A stretch of DNA of 45,775 bases, the filler included, from Jimgerdemannia flammicorona (lineage: Eukaryota): NCBI GenBank assembly GCA_003990765.1. It is 2 parts of 2 records of this genome, joined end to end, with 100 filler letters (N's around TTAATTAATTAA, not from the genome) between each part and the next. Parts side by side here need not be neighbours in the genome. Positions count along the whole stretch, not along the records: positions 1 to 22,839 come from RBNJ01001194.1; 1 more part is not named here. The stretch is one strand, 5' to 3'. How positions within the stretch are numbered: position 1 is the first letter of the stretch; each line of letters opens with the position of its first letter. The position numbers and the translations under genes are program-made. The notes below the pieces were generated by a model. The model was not told the origin of the DNA and made no database searches. It saw nothing but the letters and a program-made list of their open reading frames with translations. Shown here one piece after another: positions 1 to 10,399 of this stretch.

Positions 1-38
1 GTGGTCTGGGGAGGCAGGCTGGCATTGAGAGTTGGCAC

Positions 39-1729
39 ATGGTGATGGGGGGCAGGAGGGCAGCTACTAGGCCCATGGGGGCAGGGCAGGGGGGACATAG
101 TGTTGACAGGGGTAGGAGTCAGGTGACTGGCCAGGTAACTGATCAGGTGACTGGTCAGGTGCCTGCCAGAGGCCAGGGGTCTGGAAGTGGTGTAGCTGGG
201 ACTGGTTTTCCTGGGGCTGGGCCGGTGGCTGGGGTGACTGCAGGAGTGTCAGAAAACAAGAAGAAGGTGATAATGGTAGCAGGTTCTGGGGAACTGGTGG
301 TGTATCTCTTCTTCCACAAGTCGGTGTCTATGTGGGCCATTTCTGCAAATTTTTTGGGGCTGGGGATATCTGCTAGAGAGGTCTTGCGGCTAGTGGGGGA
401 GGAGATTACAGGGGCAGAGTTGCTAAAGTTCATCCCATCAGTAGAGGTGGTTGAGATAGGATTTGTTGAGGAGGAGGAGATGGTGAAGGCCCTGGAGAAA
501 GGGCTGGTCATCAAGAGCATCAAGGTTGGCATGGTGAGGTGCCTGAGGTGGGACCCATGGGCAGTGTGTCTGGTGGTTGAAGGGCTGCTAATATTGGGGA
601 GACAGGAGACCAAAGGAATAGTGGCAGAGGCACTGGGGGTATTTGGCGAGATGGTTGACTTTGGATTCATGTTCTGGGAGAGGACCAAGCTGAGGAATGG
701 CAATTGCGAGGTGATGGTGAGACTGGAGGGCAAGGAGGCCACAGGGCAAGGGAGGGACTGGCCAGAAGTGATTCATGTCAGAGGGCAGGAGTGCAAAGTG
801 TGGAGAAGGAAGGGTTCTGAACAGGAGGAGGAGAAATTGCTAGTCGCCCTTGAAGAGAGAGAGGCTGCGAAGGAATTGCAGAAGAGAAAATGGGAGGAGT
901 TCACCAAGGACTGGATCTGGATCCCAACAGATGGGAGAAGGAAGAGGTGGTGGAGGGCAAACTGAGAGCACCTGCAGATGGTCCTCCAGGGCTTGGAAAA
1001 GGAGGAAAAGGAAAGAGCGGAGTTGGCCAAAAATCAGATGGAAGAGGTGGAGACAGCAGAGGTGTCCTTTTCGCAACTAGGGGGAGTGGAGAACTCTACT
1101 CATATACCAGTAAAGGGGAAGTGGGCTGATAAGGAGGAGGCGAATATGGGGGGCTTTGAGGAGATTATCAAGGTGGTACCGGAGACCCAGTTGGAGGATG
1201 TTTGCATGGCTGGAGTGGCAAATGTTCATTGGGAATGCCCAGAAGCAGGCGAAGTAGTCCAGCTGGAAAAAGGCACTGAGGAGGATGACCTGGTGGATGT
1301 GGCTTCTAATGTATCAGCAGATAGAGAGATGCTGCAGGAGCTGAGCAGGATCCCAAGGCCAGCCACTCCTGGGCCCATGGTAATGATGGCAGATGACTGG
1401 TATCAGGCAGTGCTCAAGGAACTGGCGGAGGAGGATATCAAGGAAGTGGATGTATTTAATGGATCGCAGGAGGCCTGGGAAGGGTTTCTCAATATGGCAT
1501 TGCAGGGGCCGAAGTTGGTGACAGCAATGGTGGTGGTGCTTCTGGATGATGAAGGTTATGAGGTTGATGAGGACCGCATGGCTGATATCAGGAAGGTGGC
1601 ATCAGAGTGAGTGGATGCCTTCTGCAGTGGTGTGAATGGAGCCCACATCTGGAGGGCTATCTGCAAGGAATAGAAGGCAATAATCTGTAGTAGGGCTGAA
1701 AAGGTAGTGGCAGCTCCAGCTGAGCTTTA
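39..1729 (+). pseudogene. LINE ORF1 (Gly-rich N-terminus, RRM-like core, acidic C-terminus), broken by frameshift and stops
   Basis: ORFs 39..965 and 978..1610 are homologous to the ORF1s at 38091..39143 and 40618..41829 (VEIGFVEEE, RCLRWDP, FGEMVDFGF, RNGNCEVMVRL, RDWP). Confidence 0.8.
120..167 (+). repeat. 12-bp tandem repeat x4 (CAGGTGACTGGC-like) encoding QVTG repeats in ORF1
   Basis: caggtgactggc caggtaactgat caggtgactggt caggtgcctgcc. Confidence 0.8.
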
Positions 1730-1742
1730 AATATTTATATTC

Positions 1743-4700
1743 ATGATGATGAACAGTCTATATATATTATCACTAAATATCAATGGTTTGTATGATGGAG
1801 TGAAGTGAAGGCATTTGTTTCGGTGGTTGAAGAACAGGAAGTATGATGTGGTATTTCTGCAGGACATTTGGGCCTATAGAGAGCAAGACTATAAGGAGTG
1901 GAGCAAGGAATAATATGGTAGTACAGGGTGGAATGAGCAGGTGGGCATCTTGGTTGGCTTGGGGAGAGGAGAGCTGAAGGAGGTTGAGATATATGGTGAT
2001 TGATTGGTCTGGGGAGATTGAAAGGAGGAGCTGGCGATGGATTGGTGGTTGGCTCTGTGTATATGCCGGCAGTTGGCAGGGAGTGAAACCAATGGATGGA
2101 AGGTTGACTGGATTGGAGAGGTCGAGATGAGATTGGGCTAGACATTCTGGGAGGGGACTTCAACATAGTGTGTGATAGGACATTAGATAGGTCAGATAGT
2201 GGAGTCGGTGTGGAAGTATCCACTGGGCTCTCATGATAGCTTCATGCTGAGAAGGAAATGAGATTGGTTGATGGAGTACGACAATGTTGAGGTGAGAAGT
2301 TAGGGCCATTTACTAGGTGGTATCCGATTGGTAAGAATTTGATTGGGACAAGGATTGACTAGATCCTAGTAGCAGAATGCTGGGGCAATATTTTGGATTC
2401 ATCAGAGGTACGGTGGTGTCCCTGGTCAGATCACTGGGGTGTGGAGGTGTGTGGGAGATTCCAGGCAGCCAGTGGTGGCAGAGGCAGATGGCGACTTAAT
2501 GTGGCACTACTCAAGAGACAGGTGGAATAGGAAAAGTTTGTTAAAATTGCAAGACAGGAAGTAGCACAGTGGAAGAACAGTGGCTAGTCAATAGCACAGT
2601 GGTGGGGGAAATTTAAACATCTAGCAGGTATATACTGGCATAATATAGGAGAGGTAGCTAGAAGGGAGCAGAAGGATAGAGAAAGGAGAGTGGAGCAGAG
2701 GCTTCACTGGTGGCTAAAACTTCTAGAAGGAGAGAATACCTCAGGGGAGTGACACTTTCTATTGATCAAGGAGGTGGCAGAGTTGTGGTCAGATTTGAAA
2801 GCAGTAGAAGATAGGGTGGTGGATGGGTTGCTGGTAAGATTAAGAGCAAAACGGTTGGAAGAAGGGGAGCGACCCACCAAATACTTATCCAGAATCTTGA
2901 AGGCTAGGAGAGTGCAGCACAGCTGGGCTTTGGTGTTGCGAGAGGATGGAACAGAGGTGACAGATATTACAGATATGCTTGAGGAGATCTCTGGTTGATG
3001 GTGCTCCCTATGGCAGGATGATGGAGGGCTAGTAGAGGGAGAGGCAGTGCTGGAGAATAACAACAGTTTGGTTGGCAGCTGGCCAGTGGTGGCAGAACCT
3101 GCAATTGGTGGGGCTGTAATGGGTAGAGTGACCCTGGAAGAGGTGTTGGAGGTTCTGAGGAAAGTGCAGGTGGGCTCGTCACCAGGGGAGGATGGACTGC
3201 CCTGGGAGTTCTGGAAGGAATTTCAAACTGAGTTTGGGGCATGGCTCATGAAAATGGTGAACTTCATGCTGGGGGAAGGCTGCTGGATAGGCAATGGCTC
3301 CTTGGGGCTAGTCTCTCTGCTCTACAAGGAGAAAGGGAATAGATGTGTGTGGCAGAACTGGAGGCCCATCATGTTACTGAATGTGGATAGGAAGCTGGTC
3401 TCCAAGATTCTGGCAGGGAGAATGCAACAATGGATTGGCAGATTGGTTGGTGAGGAACAGTGAGGGTTTGTGAAGGAGAGATAGATTAGAGACAGCACTG
3501 CCTGGGTGCAAAATGTTTTGGAGGGTTGTAGAATCTAGCAAGTAGATGGAAGAATGGTGTTTTTGGACCAGGAAAAGGCTTATGATAGGGTGAGGTGGAA
3601 TTACTTAGAGGCAGTCCTATGGAAAGCCGGGTTTGGCATGGGGGAGGCTCAAAAACTGATGGGTCTGGTGTGAGGTTGCTGGGCTACAGTGCTGATGAAT
3701 GGGTGGAGTGGCCCGGAGTTTTTCTTAGAGTGAGGAGTGCCACAGGGGGATCCTCTCTCACTCCTGCTTTATATTTTATCCTTGGAGCCCTTGTTGGCAT
3801 GGCTGAAGGGGAGGCTTACCGGGTTGTGGATGGGGGAGGTAGTCTGGAAGCTGGGGGCATTTGTGGATGACATGGTGGTAGGGTTAGGTAGTGTGGAAGA
3901 TGTGGTGAGCTTGCAGGAAGGGGTAGGACAGTATGAGATGCTGGCAGGGGCGAAATTGAACTGGGGCAAGTGCAAGACCATAGAGCTTGAAGCAGGCTTA
4001 GGGGAGCATGGACATTTTGGACATTTAGTTGGTGCTGGGGAGATAGTTCATTATTTGGGTATCTGGTTCTCAGTATATGGGATGGTGCTGCTGAAAGAGT
4101 AGTGGTGTGGATTGATACAGAAGTGGGAGAATGCCTTAGTGGGCTGGTCTGGGAGGGGATTCTCCTTGGTTGGGAGGATTGTAGTCTTGAATATATATTG
4201 GTTGCCAAAGCTGTGGTACTTGGGGTACCACCTGGACTTTCCAGGGTGGGTGGTACAGAAACTGAAGAAGGTGGTCGAAGGATGGCTATGGTAGGGAAGG
4301 AGATCACAGATTAGTTGGGAGATAATGGTGACGCTGAAGGCAGATGGAGGGCTGGGGCTGGTGGACTTTTGAAGGCAGCTGAAGGTGCTTCAGGGCTGGT
4401 GGGATCATCGAATGGCAGAACTAGGAGGGGAGGGTTGGAGCAAACTGGCTATAGATAATTGAGAAGTTAGGTTCTACCCCCGGAGTGAGATTCAGAAGGA
4501 TATGCGAGGTTTGCTCCAGGTTGGAAAGGTTGGCAGATTGCACTATTGGGGATTCTGGTGGGGTATTATAGAAGCTTGGTTAGCAATAGGGCTTATGGGC
4601 CTGGAGCCTGGTGGTGAAGAAGAGGACCCAGAACAGCGATGGTGGCAATTTGGTGTAGTTTGTATTAGCAGCCACCCATTGGCAGAATATTCTTTAACTG

Positions 4701-5364
4701 GGGCGATGGAGTGGATATGGATGGGACCACTCGAGAGGTGGCCAGTTGGTTGGCAGAAGGCTGGGTTTGGAGAAGAGTGGGAGTGGGACTGGATTTGGGG
4801 TTGGAGAACCTCTCTACTCAAGATAGCCCCATCTAAGTTCTAGGTGGTATGGTGGTGATTTTTGCAGAGGAATGTCATGTTGGGGTACAGGACGGGGTGG
4901 ATGGTGGATGAAGGTGTAAAGGAGTGTGAGTGGTATTGTGAGCTGGATGGGGGAGTAGTGCAGACACCAGAGCATGTTCTGGCAGATTGCCCAGGAGTTG
5001 AAGGATTTTGGCAGACATTAGAAGGTTATTGGAGAGTAGAGAGTGAGCAGGCAGAAGGCCCCACTTGTCAGGTGATCAAGCATTGTCAGATTATTGGCAT
5101 CTGGGTGCTGATGGTAGTGTACTGGCAATGGGTGTTCGAGTGAGATCCTTGGATGGGAATTGGAGAATTGGTGGAGTGGTGGAAGGGGTTACTCTTGGAA
5201 GTGATGCAAGGGTGGTGATATCAGGGGAAGAGGCACCAGTTGGGTACCATAAGGAAGGTGTTGGACATTGTCCAGAGGAGTCAGGAGCACCTCATACTTG
5301 GAGAGAAGGGGGTGAGATGGAAAGAAGGTGTAGGCTGAAGGGCCCTTTCTTGTATTATTATTAA
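1743..5364 (+). pseudogene. LINE ORF2: APE endonuclease, reverse transcriptase and CCHC domain, with multiple stops
   Basis: EN motifs: IISLNING, FLQD, GSVYMPA, GGDFN, TRID, WSDH. RT motifs: SPGEDGLPWEFW, WRPIMLLNVDRK, FLDQEKAYDRV, PQGDPLS, AFVDDM. C-terminal motif: CEWYC..TPEHVLADCP. Confidence 0.93.
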
Positions 5365-5462
5365 ATAGTGGAAGGATGGGTTCATTGTTGTTCTAGGGTA
5401 ATCAATGAGAAACATGGATAGTGTAATTCTATAGACTAGTGGAATAAAGGAGTTCAAGTGAC

Positions 5463-5502
<40 letters not shown>

Positions 5503-5504
<2 letters not shown>

Positions 5505-5670
5505 TAAGATTCTGTTTATGTAAATCTTGTTTCTGTGACTTCATATTGACTCAGCCTTGTGCACTGTGACTTCGGTTTGACTCAGCTTCATGATCAAGCA
5601 GGTGATTTCCAGATTTGTTCAGAGGTCGTATATGATTTCAGTGGCTTGTTCAGAGGGTGACGTATAATTT
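5503..5670 (+). repeat. Dispersed repeat with ~30-bp subrepeats, possibly the end of an unclassified DNA transposon; inverted copy at ~26885-27050
   Basis: aaatcttgtttctgtgacttcatattgactcagc...ctgtgacttcggtttgactcagcttcatgatc matches the reverse complement of ~26950-27045. Confidence 0.7.
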
Positions 5671-6275
5671 TGGTGGCTTGGAGATTGTGTGTTTATATAG
5701 TAGGAGGAAGACAATAGTGATAAGTTAGTATTAGATTAGTACTTTCTCTACTTTTTTGTAATTTCTGATATCTCTGGCTATATCTGGAGTATATTTGTTT
5801 TAGTGTGGTATCTTCTTCCTTTTGCTATCATCAATAAGATATCTTTTGATATATTATAGACTATATAGAGAGTTAGCTGACCCTAGATATCAAGAGCTAG
5901 TATAGGTTATCTACAGGTTATCAATATCTATAGTAGAGCTCTCTGAGCTTTGAAGAGCTTCTTGGCTAGTATAATTCTGATATAGATAACTACTTTTTGG
6001 ATAGTATCAGAATGGGAGAGAAGATGGCTATTACAGATAAGAGGAAGAATATTTATAATAGATCAGTCAGATACCAGGCTAATAATAATTATCAGAGTTA
6101 TTATAGATACTATATCAGTGAGATCTTCTGATTAATATAAAGTGATTAGATAATAGGTATTACTCTTGATAGCTCATATTACTTTTGGATTCTTATACTG
6201 ATAAAATAACTGTACTTGAATATATCTCAAGTTGATCAGACTCAGAATTATTAATAAGTTAGATCTGAGGATTTT

Positions 6276-6733
6276 ATAATAAGAATACTACTTTATTCTT
6301 ATATTCAGAGAAAGCAGAGCTTTAAGCTTTTCTTCAGCTTTCAGACTGAGATTATAATATACTCAGTATAGAGAATATTTATCCAGATTTGGAACTATGG
6401 CTAAATATAGTATATTGAGTATATTATATATAGTTATACTATATAAGATATTTATAACTATTAGTTAGAATTTTTATTAGAATTTCTGTTGGAATTTCTA
6501 TTGGAATTTCTATTAAAATTTTCAGTAACTAAAATATTCATACAGAAATAGATATAATGCAGACAATTTTGACAATTTATAGTTTAGTATAATGAGACAG
6601 ATTTGATAAATTTGGCAGATTTCTTGAATAGTACAGATTCTGACTTAAATGACATATATGATAGACTTTGAAAATTTGCAGATTCTATATAGTATGGCAG
6701 ATTTGATAGATTTATATATAATGAACTGTTATA
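6276..6733 (-). mobile_element. LTR-like repeat, heavily mutated copy (approximate boundaries)
   Basis: Termini tataataag...ctgttata resemble decayed TGTAAC...GTTACA. A purine tract on the minus strand abuts at 6734-6746. About 6325-6440 and 6582-6733 align with 7149-7441. Confidence 0.55.
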
Positions 6734-7148
6734 TTCTTTTTTTCTTAAATAATATAAATTTGATAAACTTAAATAGTATAGATTCAATAGACTTCTCAAA
6801 TAGCAGATGATGCAGACTTCTTTAGATGGCACAGATTTCTTTGGATAGCAGATGATATAGATTTCTCAAATAGCATATAATAAACTATTATATCCTTCTT
6901 TTCTTAAATAGTATGGAATTAACTAGAGAGTAGATTCTTAAGATTTTCTAGCTTTATCTGAAGCAGACCAAATTGGTAGACTATTCTTCTTCTATTAATA
7001 GAAAGTGGACCAGAGTAGAAAGGGAATAAGCTCATAACTTCTAGTAGTGGCTCTCAGTAGGTGTTTCTCTTAAGTATTGCAATTCTTTATAGATTAAGTG
7101 ACTCTCAGCAGGTGTTCACCTCCTAAGTATACCAGACAGTTGACTGTT

Positions 7149-7441
7149 GCTTTTTTCCACTTTCAGACTGAGGTTACAACACACTCAGTACAGAGGATAT
7201 TTATACAGGTTTGGGGTTATGGCTAAATATGGTGTACTGGGTGTATCTATACACAGTTTCCTAATTAGGCGCAGTTCAGCGTAACGAGGCGGATTTGGCG
7301 GATTTGGCGGATTCCTTGAATGGCGCGGATTCTGTAGACTTGAATGGCATGTAACGCGGACGATTTTGGCGGACTTTGGCAATTTGCGGATTCTGTGTAA
7401 TATGGCGGATGTGGCGGATTTGCATGTAACAAACTGTTACA
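7149..7441 (-). mobile_element. LTR-like repeat, CpG-retaining copy with GGCGGATTT subrepeats (left boundary uncertain)
   Basis: Starts TGTAACAG on the minus strand at 7441. Carries a TATAAATA...CCTCAG core like the other Gypsy LTRs in the window. Homologous to 6325-6733. Confidence 0.55.
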
Positions 7442-7460
7442 GTCAATACATTGTTTTGAT

Positions 7461-7813
7461 TTCCAAATTAGACAATTAAATGTTTACATCAATAACTTGA
7501 TGAAACATCATCCAATTTTAATGATTGTGGTTTCATTTGAAAGTCCTTAAAGAGGCCTTTCTAATGATACCAAGAATGTTAAAATCAGATGATACATCAC
7601 CAAGTTATCAATGAAATCATTCTTTTGAAGAAATTTTCAAAATTAGCAAGTTAGATATTTTTCTTAATAATTCAGCAATATATGATCTGATTTTATATTC
7701 TTGGTATCTTTAGAAAGACCTTGTTAAAGGTATTTGAATGACATTATGATTATCAAAATTGGATAATATTTCATCAAGTTATTGATATAAATATTTAATT
7801 GTCTAATTTGGAA
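7461..7813. repeat. Nested palindrome (two ~120-bp hairpins inside a ~350-bp inverted repeat), probably a DNA-transposon/MITE remnant
   Basis: ttccaaattagacaattaaat.. pairs with ..atttaattgtctaatttggaa. Each arm is itself ATAACT..GAAAG-N13-CTTTC..AGTTAT, with the right arm more decayed. Confidence 0.85.
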
Positions 7814-7844
7814 TAATATTGATATTGTGATAAACAAGTAAAAA

Positions 7845-8178
7845 AGTGGATAAAGAAGGCCCAGCAGGAGCCAGAGGAGTGAACCCAGAGCCATGGTCAA
7901 AATAAATGGAAGACATGTGGAAAGATATGTATAAGGAGAACAAATAAAGAACATAACTGAAAATATATTAGCTATTTATTATTATACAAAAGCACAGTTC
8001 TTATATATAAACTATGAGATCCCAAAAGGAAAGATATACTATAATATAGAGGTAATCAAATTAGAAACCACATGACTACTGGAGATTAGCAGAGATAAAG
8101 AGAGAGCCAATCCCAATTATAGGATAAAAATCACAAATAAATATAAACAAAACAAATCCAAATTAAGATTAAAAAACA
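7845..8178 (-). repeat. Inverted partial pLTR
   Basis: Reverse complement of 8335-8668 and of ~12380-12707 (agtggataaagaaggcccag vs ctgggccttctttatctact). Confidence 0.9.
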
Positions 8179-8670
8179 TTCTTACCTCCTCTAGGATATT
8201 GTACTCACTCCAGGGTCTTGGTCTTTACTCCACTCTCCTCCACTGTCTTTGGCCCCTTGCTTCACTCAGGCTTACTGTAGCTTGTTCCATTTTGGCCTCA
8301 CCTCTTACTCATGCTCACTCCTCTGGGGTCTGTAGATATTTTTTAATTCCAATTTAGATTTGTTTTATTTGTATTTGTTTGTGATTTTTATCCTATAACT
8401 GGGATTGACTCTCTCTTTATCTTTGCTTATCTTTGGTGGTCATGTGGTTTCTAATTTGGTTACCTCTATATTATGATATATCTTCTCTTTTGAGATCTTA
8501 TATTTTATATATAAGGACTGCACTTTTGTATAGTAATAAATAGCTGATATATTTTTAATTATATTCTTTGTTTATTTCCCATATATACCTTTCCACATGT
8601 CTTTCTTTTATTTTAACCATAGTTCTGGGTTTACTCCCTTAACTCTTACTGGGCCTTCTTTATCTACTGC
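8169..8670 (+). repeat. 5' pLTR (direct repeat copy 1)
   Basis: ttaaaaaacattcttacc...ctttatctact aligns along its length with 12216-12708. Confidence 0.9.
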
Positions 8671-9935
8671 TATTTTGTCTGCCCTCAGGGCCTCTGTCTC
8701 TATTGACAAGGTTATATATGAGTTTCTACCTCCTTCTCCTCCTCCTGCTTTCATCTCTACCATAGTCTCATTTAAGACTTATATCTCATCTACTGTTCTC
8801 TCTCTCTGGATCTTTGTTCTTCTGGTCATCTACTCCTCTCTCAGTTCCAGTCAGTCCTTGTTCTCTCTGCTAAGAAGGTTTATCTCTGCTAGAATATTGA
8901 TGTTATTACTCTACCCACTGTCTACTACTCTATCCTTTCTTACTATCAAATCCTCTCTGAGGAAATTCATACCACCTCTGTTACTGCTAAAGTTGCCACT
9001 ACTAATACTACCACTATAACTACTACTGCTATCTCTATTGCTGCTAAGATTACCACTACTGATGCCACTGCTATGACTATTGCTACTACATACCTCTGCC
9101 TTCTTTCAACATATCTATACCTCCTTCATGGCTCTTGTCTCCTCTTGTTTTTTAGATACTACATATCTCCTTTTATAGCTTTGATGTCCATAATATTCTC
9201 TCTACTATCACTGATATTGATATTGTTCATCATTTCCTTCTCACTGGTACCTTCTTTGTTACTTGTCTTCATGAGCAGAAAACATCTCATACTACTGCTG
9301 CTGCTTATACTGCCACTACTGCTTCCACCTCTGCCTCTCCTAAGGTCTCAGTCTCTAAGGCCATTCATGCTGAGACCCATGCTACTATACATGCTGAGGT
9401 TTATTCCTTTGCCACCACCACTATCAAGGCCCCCATCAAGCCAAATAAGGCTTCATCAGCCTCCTCTTAGTCACTCTTCTCTACTAAGGTCTCCTTCTCA
9501 ATTTCCCCTACCCCCAAGTATAGCTAAACTCTTGGTTCTCACTCTGCTAGGGCTTGACCATGTGCTGTCTGCTCTGGTCACCTCCACCATACCTACTAGT
9601 ATCTGGGCAAGTCTGTCTGCCCCTATGGTAGTGTCTCTCACCTTGCAGCTCCTTCTGCTACTCACTCTCCCTCTGCCTCCTCTGCTAGTTCCTCCTCCAT
9701 CTCCTCTATCCATGCCCCTGAATGTAATAGCTGCACAAAAGTCTGTGGCCACAAGGTCTGGTACTCTGATAGGGTGTGCTCCTACTTGTAGGGCTCACTA
9801 TCTTCAAAAAAAGTCAGAGGGAAGGGGAAGACCTTCTGCTCTTAAACTTCTTCTTGATATGGTTCTCCCCCAGTATCCCTGTCTCTTCTCAGATTCTATT
9901 ACTGCTTCTAGTGTGCTCTGAGTGGTTCCTCATAC

Positions 9936-10306
9936 TAGTGCTCCCAAACGAGTCAAATCAATTCGAATCGAATTGAATTGAGGGTTAAATGAGTTGAATT
10001 GAATTGAGGGTCTGATTCAAACCCTAATTTTCAAAATGCAATAACTCAGCATAAACTCATCCAAATCTAACGTACTTTAGCTCGTTAGAATCACATTAAT
10101 ACGGTGAATCTAACAAGCTAAAATATGTTAAATTTGGATGAGTTTTTGTCGAGTTATTACATTTTGAAAATTAAGGTTCGAATCAAACTTCAAATCGAAT
10201 TGGACCTTTGATTCGATTTGAATCAAATCGAATTGGACCCTTGATTCGATCGAATTGAATTGAGTTTGGGCCAAATTCGATTCGATTCGATTCATTGGGA
10301 GCACTA
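9936..10306. mobile_element. hAT-type MITE inserted in the PLE
   Basis: TIRs TAGTGCTCCCAA / TTGGGAGCACTA. 8-bp TSD CCTCATAC (9928-9935) / CCTCAAAC (10307-10314), 1 mismatch. Subterminal TCGAA/TTCGA repeats and an internal palindrome at ~10016-10182. Confidence 0.88.
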
Positions 10307-10399
10307 CCTCAAACTGTCCCCCCTTTGTCTTTCCCAGTTGCTTGTCCCAAACTTTCAGGTTTATTCTTCTGGATTACTTTTGTCTTCTCTTTTTTCTTC

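Larger units (their letters stand above)
1..5502 (+). mobile_element. L1/Tx1-clade LINE (family A), near full length, degenerate; 5' end lies at or beyond the window start
   Basis: ORF1 is followed by ORF2 with APE endonuclease, RT and C-terminal CCHC motifs. AATAAA at ~5443 and a 37-nt poly(A) at 5466-5502. Confidence 0.95.

Noticed and set aside
5700..6275. Possible coding remnant next to the LTR-like repeat
   Set aside because: Too degenerate; no motif was recognised in the frames inspected.
6276..7441. A TRIM formed by the two LTR-like copies
   Set aside because: The copies differ greatly in decay and in their left ends, and no convincing PBS or TSD was found.
8169..8670. Hammerhead ribozyme expected in a pLTR
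   Set aside because: No CTGANGA...GAAA core was found by eye in any of the three copies; it may be erased by mutation.
9073..9921. 282-aa Leu-rich ORF (and 8597..9019) as a membrane-protein gene
   Set aside because: The hydrophobicity reflects the T/C-rich low-complexity PLE sequence, and it is probably an off-frame reading.
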